This document shows, piece by piece, positions 1 to 14,078 of a DNA stretch of 64,000 nucleotides. The stretch is from Octopus sinensis. Lineage: Eukaryota. How positions within the stretch are numbered: position 1 is the first letter of the stretch; each line of letters begins with the position of its first letter. The DNA is taken from the NCBI RefSeq assembly GCF_006345805.1, contig NW_021836291.1, positions 1 through 64,000 on the forward strand. The letters run 5' to 3'. The notes beneath the pieces were generated by a model. That model worked only from the letters and a program-made list of their open reading frames with translations, did no database searches and had not been told where the DNA came from. A program made the position numbers and the translations under genes.

Positions 1-345
1 ATGTTCGGATACGGAGCATTTCATCTGAAGTTATTCGGTTGGATTTCTAAAGACGATTTCTTTTCTTGGCCAAGGCAGACTTCCTACGACCATTAGCAGC
101 TGATGTTGGTGTTTGGGTATACTCATTGCTCTTCTTCGAGAAGTAGCAGATGGTCTTGTCCAAAGAGCTGAAGTTATTCAGATGAAAATTCTTTGATTTC
201 AAGATTTCATGGAACTGTTTGCCGCATAGTAATTGTATGCCACAGGAATTTTCCTGGTGATGATTTCCATTTTTATCCTCACCACGATCGGATTGCGTCG
301 CTTCTCGTTTTATAGAGGACTGACCAATTCATGAACCAGCGTTTC
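1..345 (-). CDS. Partial unidentified multi-exon gene running off the window start
   Basis: Minus-strand open frame TQSDRGEDKNGNHHQENSCGIQLLCGKQFHEILKSK...ALAKKRN, with a candidate ~30-nt GT-AG intron near 30-60; no family recognised. Confidence 0.3.
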
Positions 346-795
346 TCAACGGCGTCCTCAGAAAAAATAAGGGGATTCCCAGAATTTTATATTTGCAATA
401 TATTTTTTTAATGTAGTCTTTGCTTTTTTTCATAAAAATGCTCTAAATATAAAAAAAAATAAATTTTCTGTACACTTTAATAACGTTTTTTAATGTCGGA
501 TAAGAAACGATTTGATTTTTTATCCAGATTCAAAGAGGTTCCTTTATCAAATGATAAAATTTTTCGAAGAATTCAAGATATGTCTGGTGATATCTTGTCT
601 CAGATTGTTCATCGTTTTAACTGCCTCAGATTGTTTCCGATTTGAAAATTATTTTCCTCCGCAAAATTCTGTTTTTGATTAGATTGTAAACCCCTTCCTT
701 TTTCCCCATAATGTAGATAACGATGTCAAAGTTCAAGAATCCCTTATTGAATTAAAAAGTTCCCAAGTGCTTTGATATAGTTCAAAAACAGTACA

Positions 796-1018
796 TTAAT
801 GGAATTCTGGTGTGAACCATTACTCAGTTCAATAGCACTAGAGAAAATAATTCCATTTCACACAACACATCTGTTAAAACGGCAATGTCACATCTTGCAT
901 ATTTAAAGTCAAGGTATCGAAATCGTCTTAAAGTAGAAGATTTGCGTATTGCCCTATCTGAGACAAAGCCGAACATTTATATTTTAATTTCTAAAAGGTA
1001 AGAATAAAAGTCCTATTA
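796..1018 (+). mobile_element. hAT (Buster/Charlie-like) transposase C-terminal remnant
   Basis: Degenerate translation LMEFW...IALEKIIPFHTTHL..AMSHLAYLKSRYRNRLKVEDLRIALSETKPNI matches the hAT dimerisation-domain end (PF.TTYLCE..FS.L..IK..YR.RL.VEDDLR..LS...P). Confidence 0.75.
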
Positions 1019-1071
1019 GGCAGTTTAATTACATTATGAATTTTTATTAGTAAGAATTGAATTAATCCACA

Positions 1072-1720
1072 CTAGGGAGTCCCCGTTAAAGAAAGGTTGA
1101 CAAACGGTGCCATAGACGATGAGGGAGATGAAGAGCAGAGAGTTACATCAGGTGACGTAGACTCATCTGTTACTCTGAGGAAAGTCGTTGTGTTACTCAA
1201 TTGATTGTTCAGAATTGTTAAGGATTCCAAATGAGAAAGTAAAAGTTTTCCTCTCGTATGAGAAACTGAGATGACATCGATAAGGGGGTGCTTCGCATTA
1301 AAGTTCCCATAAGATGACTCCATCGACGCATGGCAGTTTAGATAAATTTAGGAGGCTATAGATCCTTGGACTAGAGCCAGGGGGTTGAATGTACACATTG
1401 ACCAGCAATAATCGCCCCTTCGTTCTACCAAGTCAGATTCCGATTATCTCAGAAGCCTCATCAGCTTCGATAAGATTTTTCACTTCTGAGGAAACGTGTG
1501 TAGATTTCAAGTTCTTTCTAATTAGCGTTGGCAGGCCACTGTCTTCTTTCGCTTTACGGTCCAACCTGATAGCCTCGGGGTATAAGTGCGTAGGATCGTT
1601 AGGAGATAATCTCTTGTATCAAGTCACGTTAGTTTTCAGTCGTGAGCGCAGTTCTCTGATTTTTCTTTAATCCCAATAATCTTTAGTTGGAGAGACGTAA
1701 TGTGATTTCTCCTTTTGCGG
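1072..1720 (-). pseudogene. Degenerate APE endonuclease domain of a non-LTR retrotransposon
   Basis: Frames read RLDRKAKEDSGLPTLIRK...LLLVNVYIQPP...GNFNAKHP...RGKLL...LTILN...TSPDVTL, the APE motifs (GDFNAH, S.PD.T), broken by stops and frameshifts. Confidence 0.75.
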
Positions 1721-2329
1721 GCTGCGGATGTCCTCCGGGAGGATTCAGTAAAGTCCGTCGTCCCATGACGAGAATGTCACCAGAAAGTTCTTTTCCTGTG
1801 AACATAAAGTGCCATTAAGCGTTAAGTCAGCCTGAATTACAATTGATTTGGTGAACCACACGCTAATTTTTTTGAAGGGATATTATTTTATTAATTAAGA
1901 AACAAAAGGCAATCGACTACTAGCCGCAGAGAGAATTGAGAGACTGTTCTCTTTAAAAAGTCGATTAAGCACGTGGGGGTCGTTTCTAATTCTTCTGAGG
2001 AGGTGGCCTCTCTCGAGTGAGAATTAGTGTTGAACACTTTAAAAGGTAGTAAACCAGCACATTCCAAGACAAATTTAATGGTCCCAACGAATTAATTTTT
2101 TGATAAAATTCTAACATGGAGTAGGACTCTCTCTTTAGATCTTCTATTTGAACTAAATTAAGTGATCTGGGTCGGGAACACAGACAACAAATAAGCAAAA
2201 ACCACTGTCAAAGCTTCTTTTTTGAAAAACAATCAAAGGCCTTTGGTATATCAAAAGAAGGATGTACATTCTATACCCATAAATTGAGAGACAGATTTTT
2301 CGTTGTAGAGCGGCCAGATCTATCTATGC

Positions 2330-2690
2330 TAGAAATCCAGCAATTGTATTATTGTTAATAAGCACACCGCAAAATAACTTTAGTAAAATTATCTCGCTTG
2401 TGCCACCCTCTCCTGTATGCGTGTTGTTAATCGCTTCCCTCTGTTCCTTGATAGTTCCCTCAGGTGCTCAAGATCGTCTGCTGATTTCAGCCCTTTTCCA
2501 ATCAAAGTTAGGTACTGGAGGGTTGGTAGAGTGATTCGTGGTCTTCCTCGAAAGTTTGTTCCCGGATGGGGCGTAGTGGTGTTCCATTGCGAGATTTGCA
2601 GGAGTTTTCCTGTCCATTCTTGACCGAATAAGCCCCATCTATTACTTCTTATTTCCAGCAATTGAAGGTCAGAGGAAATTAACATGTTTA
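2330..2690 (-). mobile_element. RTE-like LINE 3' fragment
   Basis: RWGLFGQ...RGRPRITLPTL...GKGLKSADDLEHLRELSRNRG; the same C-terminus recurs at 15123-15311 and 22700-22860. Confidence 0.7.
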
Positions 2691-2803
2691 ATTGAAATTA
2701 ACAAAATTAGAATTGTATTAGAATTTATTATATTAAATTTTATTATATTCTATTAAAAATTTAAAAGTGTAAATAAAATATTTACTAGTTTCTGTTTGTG
2801 ATA

Positions 2804-3273
2804 ATGTGGAAATTTGATGAGAAAGATTTGAATACAGCATTCGTAAAGAATTATTTTCTGGAACTTGAATTTGAACGTGATCGGTGTGAGTATTGCCACA
2901 GGATGTTGCGGAAAAAATCTGCAAGTACATATGTACTTGATGGACAGGTGCATGGTCATATAAAATGTCTGGCCATCGTATTTGGAGATGACTGTTTTGA
3001 AAAGTTTGAATCGATTAGTAGTGTATATTATAATGATTAATAATCGTTTGTGTTTCCTTATTTATTAGTTATTTTAAAGCATTTTTGGGGTGGCCTTGCG
3101 AGTCATGCGGAAGTGTGGAAGGAAATTGTTTTAAGGAAATAAAAATCTTGTTTATTCACTTGAACTGGACAAAAACGGACTTGATTATCCACCCACTTCA
3201 TTTCTCACAGGGGAGTCAATTAAAACCACTTTCATCAAAATCTCGATCTCTTTCTTCAAAAATGCTATTTTAA
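2804..3273 (+). CDS. Hypothetical Cys/His (zinc-finger-like) protein, probably two exons
   Basis: Exon with CEYC...HGHIKC and a second in-frame segment WPCESC...IH; a GT at ~3020 and an AG at ~3080 would join them in frame. Confidence 0.3.
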
Positions 3274-4076
3274 AACTATATTTCACGCGAAAATCGTTAT
3301 CAGATGGAAAAAGAGGGTTGGGAAAAACAAGAATTATCGTGCCCACAACCTTGCATTGGGAAACAACCAAATCTCCTTCTCTGATATTTACATCTGAAGT
3401 ACTTGTGATGCTAACACGTTTCCTTCATGCACAACTCATTGCCTCTTCACTTGACATTCTTTTAGGGGGTTGATTGGTCATCCACAGGGACATCTTTTCA
3501 GAGAATTGATTCTATGGACTGATGATATCATTTTCTCGTCTTAGAGACGGGTACCTATTCAAGTTGATAAATTGACTAGTATTAATGTTTTTTAATCAAA
3601 TAAATTTATTATTTTTTGATTTATAATTTGTTTTCTATCTAGATTGATGTCGATGACGCGTTCGAATCAATCACGACTTTCTGTATTAGGTCCTTAAAAA
3701 CTTTTCATAGAGGACCTTGTAACGAAGTAGATAATTAAGTTAACCGTGAACTATATTAGAACATGTTGAAACTAAATGCAGTCATTCAAAATAAAACAGT
3801 AGGATCAATAGCTACGAAATGTGGGACTACATTTTGTCATTTAATTTGGTCTCCTTGCTGCAATTTACTTGCAGACTCTTTCCTGAACAAACTACATACA
3901 AATTGCCATTTTATCAGACACTATTCTACTCCGACTTGGGCCCAACCAAATTTGATTAATCTAAAAGATGAGATGTATCACCATTGGATATGTCCTGGTC
4001 AATTAACATGCAATATATAGTTGGAGGCATCCTGGGTTTTCGATAAAAATTACCCTCTTTATGCATGCGTTTTAAA

Positions 4077-4745
4077 ATTTTCAGCTTCGTTTTTAGTTCT
4101 GCAAGAACTAGGGGAGTTATTTCGAGCGCCTTGGCATCGGATGCCAAGACACGGACAGCACCGGCAACATTTCCTTCCAATAGTTGAGCGTTAACACGTT
4201 CACGTAAGCGTATGGAGTCGCGGTTCGTTGTCTCGTCGTTCTGTGGGGCGCGTAGCTGGCGTTTCTTGCTTTTAGGTTGGGCCTTGGCGGGGACACCTAA
4301 CCAGCTGGAGAAATCCGAGGGGCATGACATATAGGCGGAGATATTGGCTTTAAATCGGGAGGTATTAGAAATGGAATGAATGTTATGGCCTTTGGGCTGC
4401 TTGGGGGTAGCCTCTTTAGGGAGGCCTAAAGCCATGATTCCGAAACAGAAAAGATGGTTCCAACTTGATGGGTCGTTGGAAGTCAGTGCATTGTTAATAA
4501 CGGAAGATAATGTGTCGGCCGCGGGAATCCGAGCAGCCTTAGGAATTTTGACTGGGATAGAGCGGACTCTTTTAGCTCGGGCAACCGACAAAAGGAAATC
4601 TTTTACAGAAATAATGGGAATGATTGGATGAGATAGATTGGAAATAGGCAGAGCAGTAGAAAATGCCAAAAAAAATAGACGTTGGTATCCTAACAGCAAT
4701 TTTAGAGATGACCAGTACAGATTTCTAAAGGGAACCCTAACCAAA
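4077..4745 (-). mobile_element. CRE-clade non-LTR retrotransposon, pre-RT region fragment
   Basis: IPKAARIPAADTLSSVI...W.HLFCF...LP...VNAQLLEGNVAGAVRVLAS is the region preceding the RT in animal CRE elements; truncated at ~4077. Confidence 0.7.
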
Positions 4746-4806
4746 CCTTAATTGCTGCACACGTATTGCTTCTTATGCAGCCTTAGGCTATGGACAATCC
4801 TAATTA

Positions 4807-5040
4807 AACCCCTAATTGTTGAAGACATATTTGATACAGTTCCCTATGAAGCCTTCGGCCGCGGTGTGTTTGATACAGACACTTTAAAAGCTTAAAGATG
4901 TGGGATTTCTAACAAAAATTCTAAAAACAATCCTAACCCTAATTGTTGAAGACGTATTTGATACAGTTCACTATGCGCCCTTCGGCCGCGGTGTGTTTGA
5001 TACAGAGTTATAGAAAGCTAAAAGATGTGAGATTTCTCGA
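4807..5040. repeat. 128-bp tandem duplication (about 1.8 copies) with AACCCTAA motifs
   Basis: ccctaattgttgaagac...ccttcggccgcggtgtgtttgatacag starts at 4809 and again at 4937. Confidence 0.85.
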
Positions 5041-5399
5041 AAAATATCACAAAAATGATCAACTTTCAGATAAATAAATCATTAAAAGAAAATACATCCT
5101 GAATTATTCCTTCTGAATCCAATTATAAAAAAATTAGAGTGTAGCAAATAATTAAGGGAGCACCACAAAGTAAATCAACAGCGTGCTCACGTTTTTTTAT
5201 CAAATTTATTTAATAAATAAAAATATTAATTATTTATAAAAATTATATAGATTTTTCATTTAATCTTCATAACTTCATAATTTGTATATTTTTCTGACAT
5301 CTATTAAAAAAATTAACGCGTCAATTAAAAAAATATAACAGTTTTTATTAAACACAAAAGAATTAATTATGTAAATTATATCTTAAATTATTTAAGAAT

Positions 5400-5990
5400 T
5401 CAGATCGTCAGTGATTTCTCTTCTTCGTTTGGAAGAAGAGTTTGCAACAAAATTCTAATCATTTTCCATTTCTGCGTCAAAGTAATTGTTCAACTGAGTG
5501 TCCTCACGACATGCCAGCTCCGCAAGTTGATTGGCGGCAGAGGCGTACTCCTCGTTGTCTACCTTCATCCCATGTCTGTGTTCAATGAGCATACTCTCTA
5601 GCGTCCTCTTCAGCACAACCGACTGGAGGTATGTCCTCGTTCTTTCTTCAATGGATAACTCGTCCATATGACTTTTAAAGAACTTTGAGACAACTCCATC
5701 CCATGTCAAGACAATTGGAATAATCTTCACTTTTGCTTCATAGAGAACCGACAGTTCGTTTGCAAGCAGGTCATATTTGTGAAATTCTCCACTTCAACTT
5801 GCTTTAAACGGTCTTGCGAGGTACCTGCCACTTCGATTAAATGAATTTCTCATTTCCTCTTGTCATAAACGAAGATATCAGGTTTATTGAATTGAACTTT
5901 CGTTTCAGTTATAATTGACGTGTCAACTCTGATTTCGACATTTTGGGTCGACATTATTGACACAACCGAATGTCCCAAAAAATAAACAAA
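5400..5990 (-). mobile_element. RLE-bearing non-LTR retrotransposon 3' fragment (R4/Dong-like)
   Basis: VEIRVDTSIITETKVQFNKPDIFVYDKRK*EIHLIEV...HKYDLLANELSVLYEAKVKIIPIVLTWDGVV is a PD-(D/E)xK endonuclease; one stop and one frameshift. Confidence 0.8.
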
Positions 5991-7390
5991 TAAAGATCAA
6001 CCAATAATAAGGAAACAAAAATAATAATGTTAGTAGTAGCCAAAATTATGACAATTAATATTATTAAAGTTAAGTTTTAATTAATTTTTTTTATTTCAGA
6101 CAAAAGTCTGTTTCTGTTATCCATATTTTTGGCGACTATAAATTTATACATATATACTGAAACATTGATCGGGTTTATATTCGTCAGTTATCACATGGTT
6201 AAGCTGTTTGTCAAACTTTTCAATTTTTTGGTTCAGTTCACTTTTAATTTTTTCACATCTAATAGCTAAAATTTAAGGAATCATAAATATACCTTCGCTG
6301 TCGGGTAAAAAAATTTTTTCCCTGGGTACAATTCTATTTAACGTTTTTTTATCAAATTCTGACACTTCTGTAGATATGTGATGCATTTTAATAAACAACG
6401 TTATTGAATTAGGTATATAGTCAAAATATACGTCACCATATGTACGCTAATAGTACAGTGAGTTTTATGATCTTTTAAAAATATTAAAAATACCCACCGA
6501 ATACAAATCAACTCGTACAAATGAACTGTTTATTTCAGATGACAGTAAAGACAGTTTAGACCGAATCATTATTTTCACAACAGAGAAATCTTTAATTACT
6601 CTCATATATAAACTTTTGGTACGTAGATGGTACATTTATGACACTTCCATCTTTATTTAATCAACTGTACATAATTCATGGGGTATAAATAATAAAGTTT
6701 TGCTTCTTTTGTATATTCAAATGTCTAAGAGAACAAACGGTAGTTATATTAACTTTTTTTAATTAAAAACTTTTAATTGTACCAAGCCATCCTATTGTTT
6801 GAAAATTCATCGACGTTTTTAATCAGAAAAAAACCAAAGAACGAAGCTAAAACTAAACAGTATTTTGCTGATACACAAAAAGCTACAAAATATAACAATA
6901 CAGATTTTAATAAAACAAAATGCTAAAATTATTAAAAAAATTAATATCCTACCATATTTTAATAGTTTAAAAAAGAAATTCAACATTTCAAAATGTGCCA
7001 TCAAAAGTTTCAAAAGTGCCACTCATGGCATGCGTGCCAGTGTTTTGCCATCCCTGGCGTAGAGCAAATGGAATGTTATTCGTTGTGAAGAAACAAAAAT
7101 CTATTTGGCTACAATATTTAAATACCGATGACAAACACATCAAAGAGAATCTTGCTTGCGAAAGAACAAATATCAAGAAAAAAATCAAAAAGTGTGTTTC
7201 CTATATGTCAAGGAAAAGATCCAGGCAATGGAATCTCTAAAGGACAATGGAAAGTATTATGAGGCAATCAGAGTACTAAGAGGACGTTAACACAGACAAC
7301 ATCTAATCATTTTAAATATTTTGTCAAATACGACCATCATTAGTCTAAAGTACTTTCTTACAGACTCGAGAAGAAAAAGATAAATCTAGT

Positions 7391-8401
7391 TATTATTATT
7401 ATTTAAGCCAAATAAAATCACCTTCTTAATCATTAACTAACACGTTCAGGTGATTCCAACACTTCTCAACAGTCGAGCCATCTTTTCACGATGTTCCGAC
7501 CGTGACCCCACACACTTTCTGTATGTACGGTGAATGGTTTGTGGTCCATTTCCACGATCCCCCCCATTTGCCTCTACGAGAGACTCCAGTGTTCTATGGA
7601 CAATTTCCCTATCGGTATGGTCCTTCAGAAGGTTGATGGATCTTTCTTGAATTTTTTCGATTTTTAGCCGATTCGTTGCCGCCAGGTTACAGCCCCAATC
7701 AGCACATGCATAGCCTATTGTTGGCTCGATATACTGCTTGTAAAGGGTCTCTACCCCTGGCGGATGAGTTCTCCCACAGTTCCAAAGGAAGGCTTTTACA
7801 AAATTGATCTTCTTTATACAGGTTGACACGATCGATTCTACGTGAGGTGAAAAACAGAGGAAAGTATCGAGCGTTACTCCCAATATCTTCTGAGTTTTCT
7901 TTTGTGGTATTGGAATTCCGTTCAACGTGACATCAATAGTTTTCGTCCCCATCTTCCTATTTTTCGTGAATAGAGTGACTGCCGACTTTTTGGAACATGC
8001 ATGTAGTCTGTTTTCATATAGCCATCCATATAAGTCGTCCAGTATTCTTTGTAGTCTCTCCTTCGCGTATTCGACATTTACATCCCTAGATGCGACAACT
8101 ATGTCATCGGCATAGGAGAGTAGTATGTCATTATTATCCATAGGAACCGGGAGATCATTCAGAAACAAGTTGAAGAGGGTCGGGGATAAAGGAGAACCCT
8201 GGGGTACACCATTGGGCAATAAGCGTGATCTTGAACTCTCGTTCCCGACGCACACTTTCCCACGACTCCGCTCAAAAAATTCGCTATCCATAGCTTCATA
8301 GGTGTAGGAATTTGTGTACCAAATATCTTTTGAATCTTCCTTGGGACTGAGTCAAACGCTTTTTGAATGTCGATAGTGCATACAATTGATTTCTCCTGCA
8401 A
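7391..8401 (-). mobile_element. 5'-truncated APE-type LINE: RT domain to 3' end with (TAA)n tail
   Basis: IDIQKAFDSV (frameshift) GVPQGSPLSPTLFNLFLNDLP...SYADD; stop at 7446; tattattatt tail at ~7391-7402; second copy of the 3' end at 48420-48668. Confidence 0.9.
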
Positions 8402-8447
8402 TTTAGGAATAGTATAAAAATAGGAATATTAATCATATAAATAATCA

Positions 8448-9215
<768 letters not shown>

Positions 9216-9472
9216 TTTAAAATACACCACGTCAGCAAATTTATTAATTTTAAATTTTTTCCAAAAATAGCAACAAAATTTTAGAAAAATAGCAGCGGAA
9301 TATTGACAAATAGTGAAGAGAGGACAATAGAGCATTAAAGTATTATGGAGGAAGGTGGATTATCAGAATAAGTAAACTCCCACTAAAGATGGAATTTAGG
9401 TGAGATGAGTTTAATACGTGGAAATCGCATAAAGAACAATTAACGAATTGGAATTAAACAAAAAATAAACTA

Positions 9473-9913
9473 CTAATATTCCCAGACAATTCGACTGGTC
9501 AAAAAGTCAATAGCGTGGGAGGGCCACATCTCCTTTACAACATGCGCTAATAACAACTCGCCCTTTTTTCGATTTTTCCTTGTATTTATAAATTACGACA
9601 ACCATCGCACTAAAAAATGAATTTCGTCATTATATTTTGCAACTCCCAGAATCGACTCGAAAATTTTGCCTTCAAATCGCGGACAAGAAGTTTGGCATTG
9701 GACAGGAACGCGGAAAGTGTCATTTTTATTCGACTGCTTTTTATCGATAACCTGCAAGCGTTTGGAGTGCTCGTAAATTGCTTCATTGATTTGGTGTTTA
9801 CTGGGTTCCCACGTGATTTGAGAGCTGAGAAAGTGAATAGACATTTACTTGTCAGATTCTCCATTTTGGTCATTTGTGTGCTCAATTTGGGATGAATCAC
9901 CATCAGAATCCAT
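9473..9913 (-). CDS. HP1/CBX-like protein with chromo-shadow domain and only a chromodomain remnant (130 aa)
   Basis: ESILGVAKYNDEIHFLVRW|KNRKKGELLLAHVVKEMWPSHAIDFLTSRIVW is a chromo-shadow domain; TWEP remnant upstream; 24-nt introns 9825-9848 and 9579-9602. Confidence 0.8.
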
Positions 9914-10699
9914 TTTGAAGGAATAGAAGGACGGTCAACGTCAACAACTATCAAATATTAAAAATAATTTTAAATTATTTGAAATTAGCTAAACGCAATA
10001 AATCACTTTACTGGTTACATATAAACAGTATACAAACATTGTCTAATTATTTGATTCATCTATTCAAAAGTCTACAATGGATATCCGCTTTCTTTTTCAA
10101 GAGTTATGCTTTTTTGAGAGCATCAAAGCGATGTATTCTCAGTTCTGATGTTTTCGTCAACAATCATTAACATACGTCTCGATAATGTGGGCAATAAACT
10201 GATCGGACGGGAGCTGCCGCGTAAGTTAATAGAGGATTTCTGATTACTCTTAATTCGGTGAATTTTCAAACGTCTCAAACATGGCTTTGTCTGATTTATG
10301 AAAATATTCTCAACAGAAATTCTTATCTTTAGCCGTCTTAGCCGATCAAAATACGATCGTGGTCTTCAGATAGGAACTATATTAAAAAATCAGACATATT
10401 TTTCAAAGAGAATGGCGTCTAGGAATTTATCGATGTTGATTTCTTGCTTGCTGACAAGGTGGGTGGCAAATAAATTCTTCCCCTTGTTTACTAGATTAGG
10501 AGACTGCGACTGTGAACCACCTGAAGAATGTAATTGATGACTTAATTCTTGAATGTTTGGTATTTACTCTTATTTTTCTATTCGAAATTCACTCGCAATC
10601 ATTTTCGGAGTTTGGTAATGTTTTGAATGCATTTCTACTCTAGAAATAAAGCAGTGTCTTTTTTATTTACTTTTATGCATCATGTGAATAGGAATATTG

Positions 10700-12537
10700 T
10701 TAATATATTATTAGATCAAATTTCTATTAATTATAAATTCAAATGCAAATTCGTTATTGACCAGATATTCATAGCAGACATGACTGCACATTGCCAGTAG
10801 GAACGCAAGTTTTTTCTTTTTCAGTTTATTCTCTAATAATTTAATAACTCGTGTCCCGTTCCCATACATCGGTCTCTCACATACTGCGCATTGATCACAT
10901 CTAAATCTGCTTAAATAACAAACTCTCTAAAAAGTTTGGTGTTTTCCCCATTTTCAAGATATGTCTGAACTATTTGAGTCGCAGCGAGATCTCTCAGTTT
11001 CTGTGAGTGTTATTTGCATGAGTTATCACATTCGGCACATTCTGGTTGTTCTCTCTGACAAAAACTGAATGTAGCATGTTCCCTCGAATGTTCAGAATGT
11101 CAATTGTCATTTCCTTCATTGCTAGTGGAAGGCCAATTAAACGATTTCCCTCTAATTGCAGTTCTTTCAGATTCCTACGTCTCTTACATCAGGTTTCACT
11201 TTAATTCTGAAATACGTTGGGATATGGAGGTTAGATCGTTGAAGGAGAGCAAAATTCGTTCGAGAGATTTGAGGGAATACATCCTGTGGGTTTTGAAATA
11301 ATATAACTTTTGTGAAATGCGGGAAATTTGACAGTAACTGGCTTCTAAACGTCGGAGATTCTTCAAAAATGAGATTTCCGGTGGGATTTCTCTGATAGGG
11401 TTAGATCGTAGTGAAAGAATTTTTAAATTTTCCATGTTAAAGATGCATTGCGGGATTTCCTTCGAAATATCTACAACTAAAACTGTGAAATTATTGTAAG
11501 ATAAGTTCAGGTTCTGGAGAAAACACGTCCTGACGAGTACTTGCATTGGCATCCTGCTAATAAAAAATCCCTATTTGCTAATTAACAATGACCAACTTGT
11601 AGGTGCAGAGTGTCGTGACCAGATGTGCAGAGAACAGTTAATTCGGCTGGAGACTGTTTGCTTGTCCCAAATAATTGTCCTGTCAGAGTTATCTCCCTCA
11701 AACCAACCGAAGGGAGAAGTACTTCTTGTTCCAAATTTAGTAAGATTAGTGCGGCTGAGAGTGTTTCCCGTATTATTTGATGGCGTTTTTGGTCGCCAAG
11801 AACTGTTCGAGGACTCTTCATCACTATAATATCTTTTCGAACATCCAAATTCATGTGTGTCGTCTAAGAGATCCTTTTTCTAAAATTGTGAATGTGTATT
11901 ACACCTTTATCAATTTGCTGGTATCATTGACTGTGCATGTAATAAAATTGGCCAAGTAGTAGTAAGGGTAGTGTTTGGATATTCTTGAAATCTTTCGAAT
12001 AAAAACTTTGCTTGAAATATTTTTGGAAGTGAGTTCTTGTTTGAACATAAAGGCTAATTCACAGAGTTTGTGATAGTCGGGAGTTGTATTCGTAAACTAT
12101 AGAGATGAAATACTTACCAACTTTACTTCTGGAATGTTTGCTGAATCGAGTGTTATGGTTGAAATGATCTCTTTTGACTTGGTAGTTATCTCCGTGAGAT
12201 GCTGAATGACTTGCCCGTAGTGACGTGTCGAAATAATATTCAACGAAGGAGCCTCCATTTGCTGGGGAGGAACGTCTCTCAAATGTTTTATTTCGAATAG
12301 ACTATTTTAATTATTAAATAATAACCAGTCCTTTAATGACTTATTTTCTTGCTTTTTATTTAACAATGCCAAAATACAGCTTTTCTTGGAAATTGATTTT
12401 GTAGTTTTTCTTTTTTCGATTTTTGGTAATTTTGTGTTTTTTTTGAGTTCAAGTTTTGTTTTAGCAAATTGCTTATTGTTTGTTTCAATTATTGGAAGAG
12501 GTCGAGTCAGCAAAAGTTTGTTTTCGTGTTTTGTCAT
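10700..12537 (-). CDS. LRRC63: Leucine-rich repeat protein, LRRC63-like
   Basis: LQNLNLSYNNF...LKILSLRSNPIREIPPEISFLKNL...; C-terminal CAVCERPMYGNGTRVIK...MCSHVCY resembles the LRRC63 end. Several mini-introns; exact ends uncertain. Confidence 0.6.
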
Positions 12538-14078
12538 AGCAATCTTACGTTTCTATGCCAACATTATTATTTATTTATTTATTAAAGACCAAACACGGGC
12601 AAAGCCAGTTAATTATAGTTATTCCCGTGATCGCCGATCCAAACGAGGGAGATCCTTCTGAAAGGTTCGATCCTGCCTGCATGATCGGCCTGAGACGACG
12701 ATGTCCCAAAGTCTGAGAGCTAAAGGTTTTTTTTCGGTAGGCATTAAGTGCCTCCTGAGCGTTGCCATATCCGAATGGAATTTTTCCAACTGACATGGTG
12801 GACCCCATAACGCCACGCTAAGACCGGAAGGTAAGAGATCCCCATTTCCAACTGTGTCGTGCCAGAAGTACTCGTTGCCTCACGGGCAGGGGAACGATAA
12901 CGAGAATAGGCCCCAGGATGAAAACTGTCCTCCTTCGGAATCGAACTCACGACTGTCCAAATTCATTATCCATAGCTTAGTCTTCAGCCAACGGGGCTGA
13001 GTCATAGGGGTTCTCGCAATAAATAAAATTAAAAATGATTTGGAATTAGTCTAAATATAATTTAAACTATTTGGAAAATCCGATCATAGGCGTGTACTGG
13101 CAAAGATAGAAGAAAAGCGTTAAGTCCCAGGGGCAAAGACGCAGTGTGCGTTGCCGCGAACAATGGCCAGACCGATGCGCTGGCGGAACCGAATTCTAAA
13201 TATTAAACAGACTTTAGGTAGATAGTCCAGTTACTACGTGATTTTGACTCTGTTGACCTACTTCATTGAGCGTAGACTCAAATTGCCTTCCAGGTTTATC
13301 AATAAACTGTGATAGACGTGTTGAGTGTTTATCTAACTACAACGAATTCGATGTGGACGGGGTTAAGCTAGAAATGGATATATTAAGTCTTTTTCATTTC
13401 CTGTCTAAAACCGCCGAGTAAAGTCTCGCTGACAAATTCGAACCTGTTCGAGTAAAACAAGTTATAGAACAAACCATCGACCTTTGTCACCTCAATGCAT
13501 ATCCGAGATCATCGTGGCAAACAGGGCAGCCTCAATATCTAAAATCAGTGCATCTTCGGCTTTCCTTTTTATCGACAAGTTCAGCATCCGAAATATTCTC
13601 AACAAAAACGGAATTTCTTTAAACCGTGCTGGAGCTCATCAAGAACTAGTTTCAGGTCAATTCATGAACATACTGGTTCTGGAATTCTGGTTCTAAAATT
13701 CTATAAATTTTGAATAAAAATAGGCTTGTATTCAATGAAGCAAGTCCCCTACGCTTACTTACAAACACAGTCTCTGCCATCTGACACCTCCTAAGAATGT
13801 TAAAAAGTGAAGGTCTAAATTAGGATTGTTTTATTAAAGAGAGTAACCAATCCAACAGTTGACTTAGAGATGCATCGTTTCCACTGATCAGCCGCATATT
13901 CAAGGATATAGTTGTTGGAAATAAATTAGTTATTAAGAATACCAAGATAGGACGCCTCGGTTTTTTAATGCATTCTGCTACGATCAGCAACTGCTTGGGG
14001 ACTCCCCTCCATAAATAAATTATTAATTCTATTATTTGTAAGTATAAAAAATAAACATATAAAACTGGATATTCTGTG

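Noticed and set aside
12575-12950. Overlapping short ORFs suggestive of a hAT or LINE remnant
   Set aside because: Motifs too weak and in an inconsistent order to assign.
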